This document shows, piece by piece, positions 63,417-64,000 of a stretch of DNA of 64,000 nt. The notes below the pieces were generated by a model that saw nothing but the letters and a program-made list of their open reading frames with translations, was not told the DNA's origin and made no database searches. The DNA is taken from the NCBI GenBank assembly GCA_018657385.1, contig JABHXF010000034.1, forward strand, positions 8,081-72,080, in the 5' to 3' direction. The position numbers were made by a program, and so were the translations under genes. Position 1 is the stretch's first letter. The number at the start of each line of letters is the position of its first letter. Source of the DNA: Candidatus Woesearchaeota archaeon. GTDB taxonomy: Archaea > Nanobdellota > Nanobdellia > Woesearchaeales > DSVV01.

Positions 63417-64000
63417 TTATCTTCCAATACCTTTGTAGATAATTTCTTTACTAACTATAGATTGTTTATCAAAGAAATTTCTACCATCAACAACAACCCT
63501 AACTTGTTTTTGCATAAGAACATCAGGAGTTATTTTTTTAAAGTCATGATGTGAAGTTACTAAAACAACACAATCACATTCTTTAACTTCATCTAAGGAA
63601 ACAACATCAGATTTTTCAAGAACATGTGGATCAAAAATAATTAAATTAGCACCTTTCTTTTTTAATTGTTTTATTATTTCAAAAGATGGTGATTCACGCA
63701 TATCATTAACATTTGGTTTGTAAGCAAGACCTAAAATCAAAATTTTTGAACCATTAACTGCTTTGCCAGCTTTATTTAATCCATCGACAATTAAATTAAC
63801 AGTGTAAAGTGGCATAGAATTATTAATATCTCTTGCTAAAGCAAGAAATTTATGATCAAAACCACTTTGTTTTGCTTTTTCAATTAAATAATAAGGATCA
63901 ACAGGAATACAATGCCCACCAACACCACAACCAGGATAATGTGGCATAAAAGCAAATGGTTTTGTTGAAGCTGCCTTAATTACTTCTGAAATATCAATTC
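63417..64000 (-). CDS. UDP-glucose/GDP-mannose (UDP-ManNAc) 6-dehydrogenase family; the N-terminal part runs off the window end
   Basis: MPHYPGCGVGGHCIPVDPYYL...LGLAYKPNVNDMRESPS. The reading frame continues upstream of the listed Met to the window end (...ELISEVIKAASTKPFAF MPHYPG). Confidence 0.8.
   Translation of the reverse strand, partial: IDISEVIKAASTKPFAFMPHYPGCGVGGHCIPVDPYYLIEKAKQSGFDHKFLALARDINNSMPLYTVNLIVDGLNKAGKAVNGSKILILGLAYKPNVNDMRESPSFEIIKQLKKKGANLIIFDPHVLEKSDVVSLDEVKECDCVVLVTSHHDFKKITPDVLMQKQVRVVVDGRNFFDKQSIVSKEIIYKGIGR

Overview
The window is a 64 kb, very AT-rich chromosomal segment of about 27-30% GC, which I judge to be archaeal. It may come from a DPANN-like or methanogen-related lineage carrying many bacterial-type genes.

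The archaeal call rests on several features:
- a minus-strand rpl37ae - rpoP - Pcc1-like - prefoldin-beta - UPF0147 operon;
- an intron-containing tRNA-Pro(UGG);
- CDC48, Pth2, class I LysRS and type-2 MetAP;
- strong GAGGTG-type Shine-Dalgarno sites.

The first ~33 kb is housekeeping plus accessory genes:
- MinD-like ATPase;
- a long RelA/SpoT homolog;
- a pilin-like locus;
- bacterial-type TIM;
- an SPFH protein;
- a four-gene two-component cluster;
- RimK plus a retropepsin-like protease.

The last ~31 kb (33.0-64 kb) is a large cell-surface polymer and glycan biosynthesis island:
- Wzx-like flippase, B12-radical-SAM enzyme, methyltransferases;
- a DUF4956 / CotH-kinase / VTC triad and a TagF-like phosphotransferase;
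- an Lrp/AsnC regulator;
- a nonulosonic-acid (sialic / legionaminic / pseudaminic-like) pathway.

The nonulosonic-acid pathway has unusual fusions:
- NeuA-NeuB-PIG-L;
- formyltransferase-NeuC;
- MTHFS-FolD.
It also has an ACP / AcpS / AMP-ligase / Fe-ADH / LuxE / LuxC acyl module, a DegT aminotransferase, a CBS-SDR dehydratase and a UDP-sugar dehydrogenase.

Several structured intergenic repeat families occur. One family flanks a GC-richer, cysteine-rich secreted protein gene. Long poly-Asn microsatellite linkers sit inside fused enzymes. No CRISPR array or rRNA gene was found.
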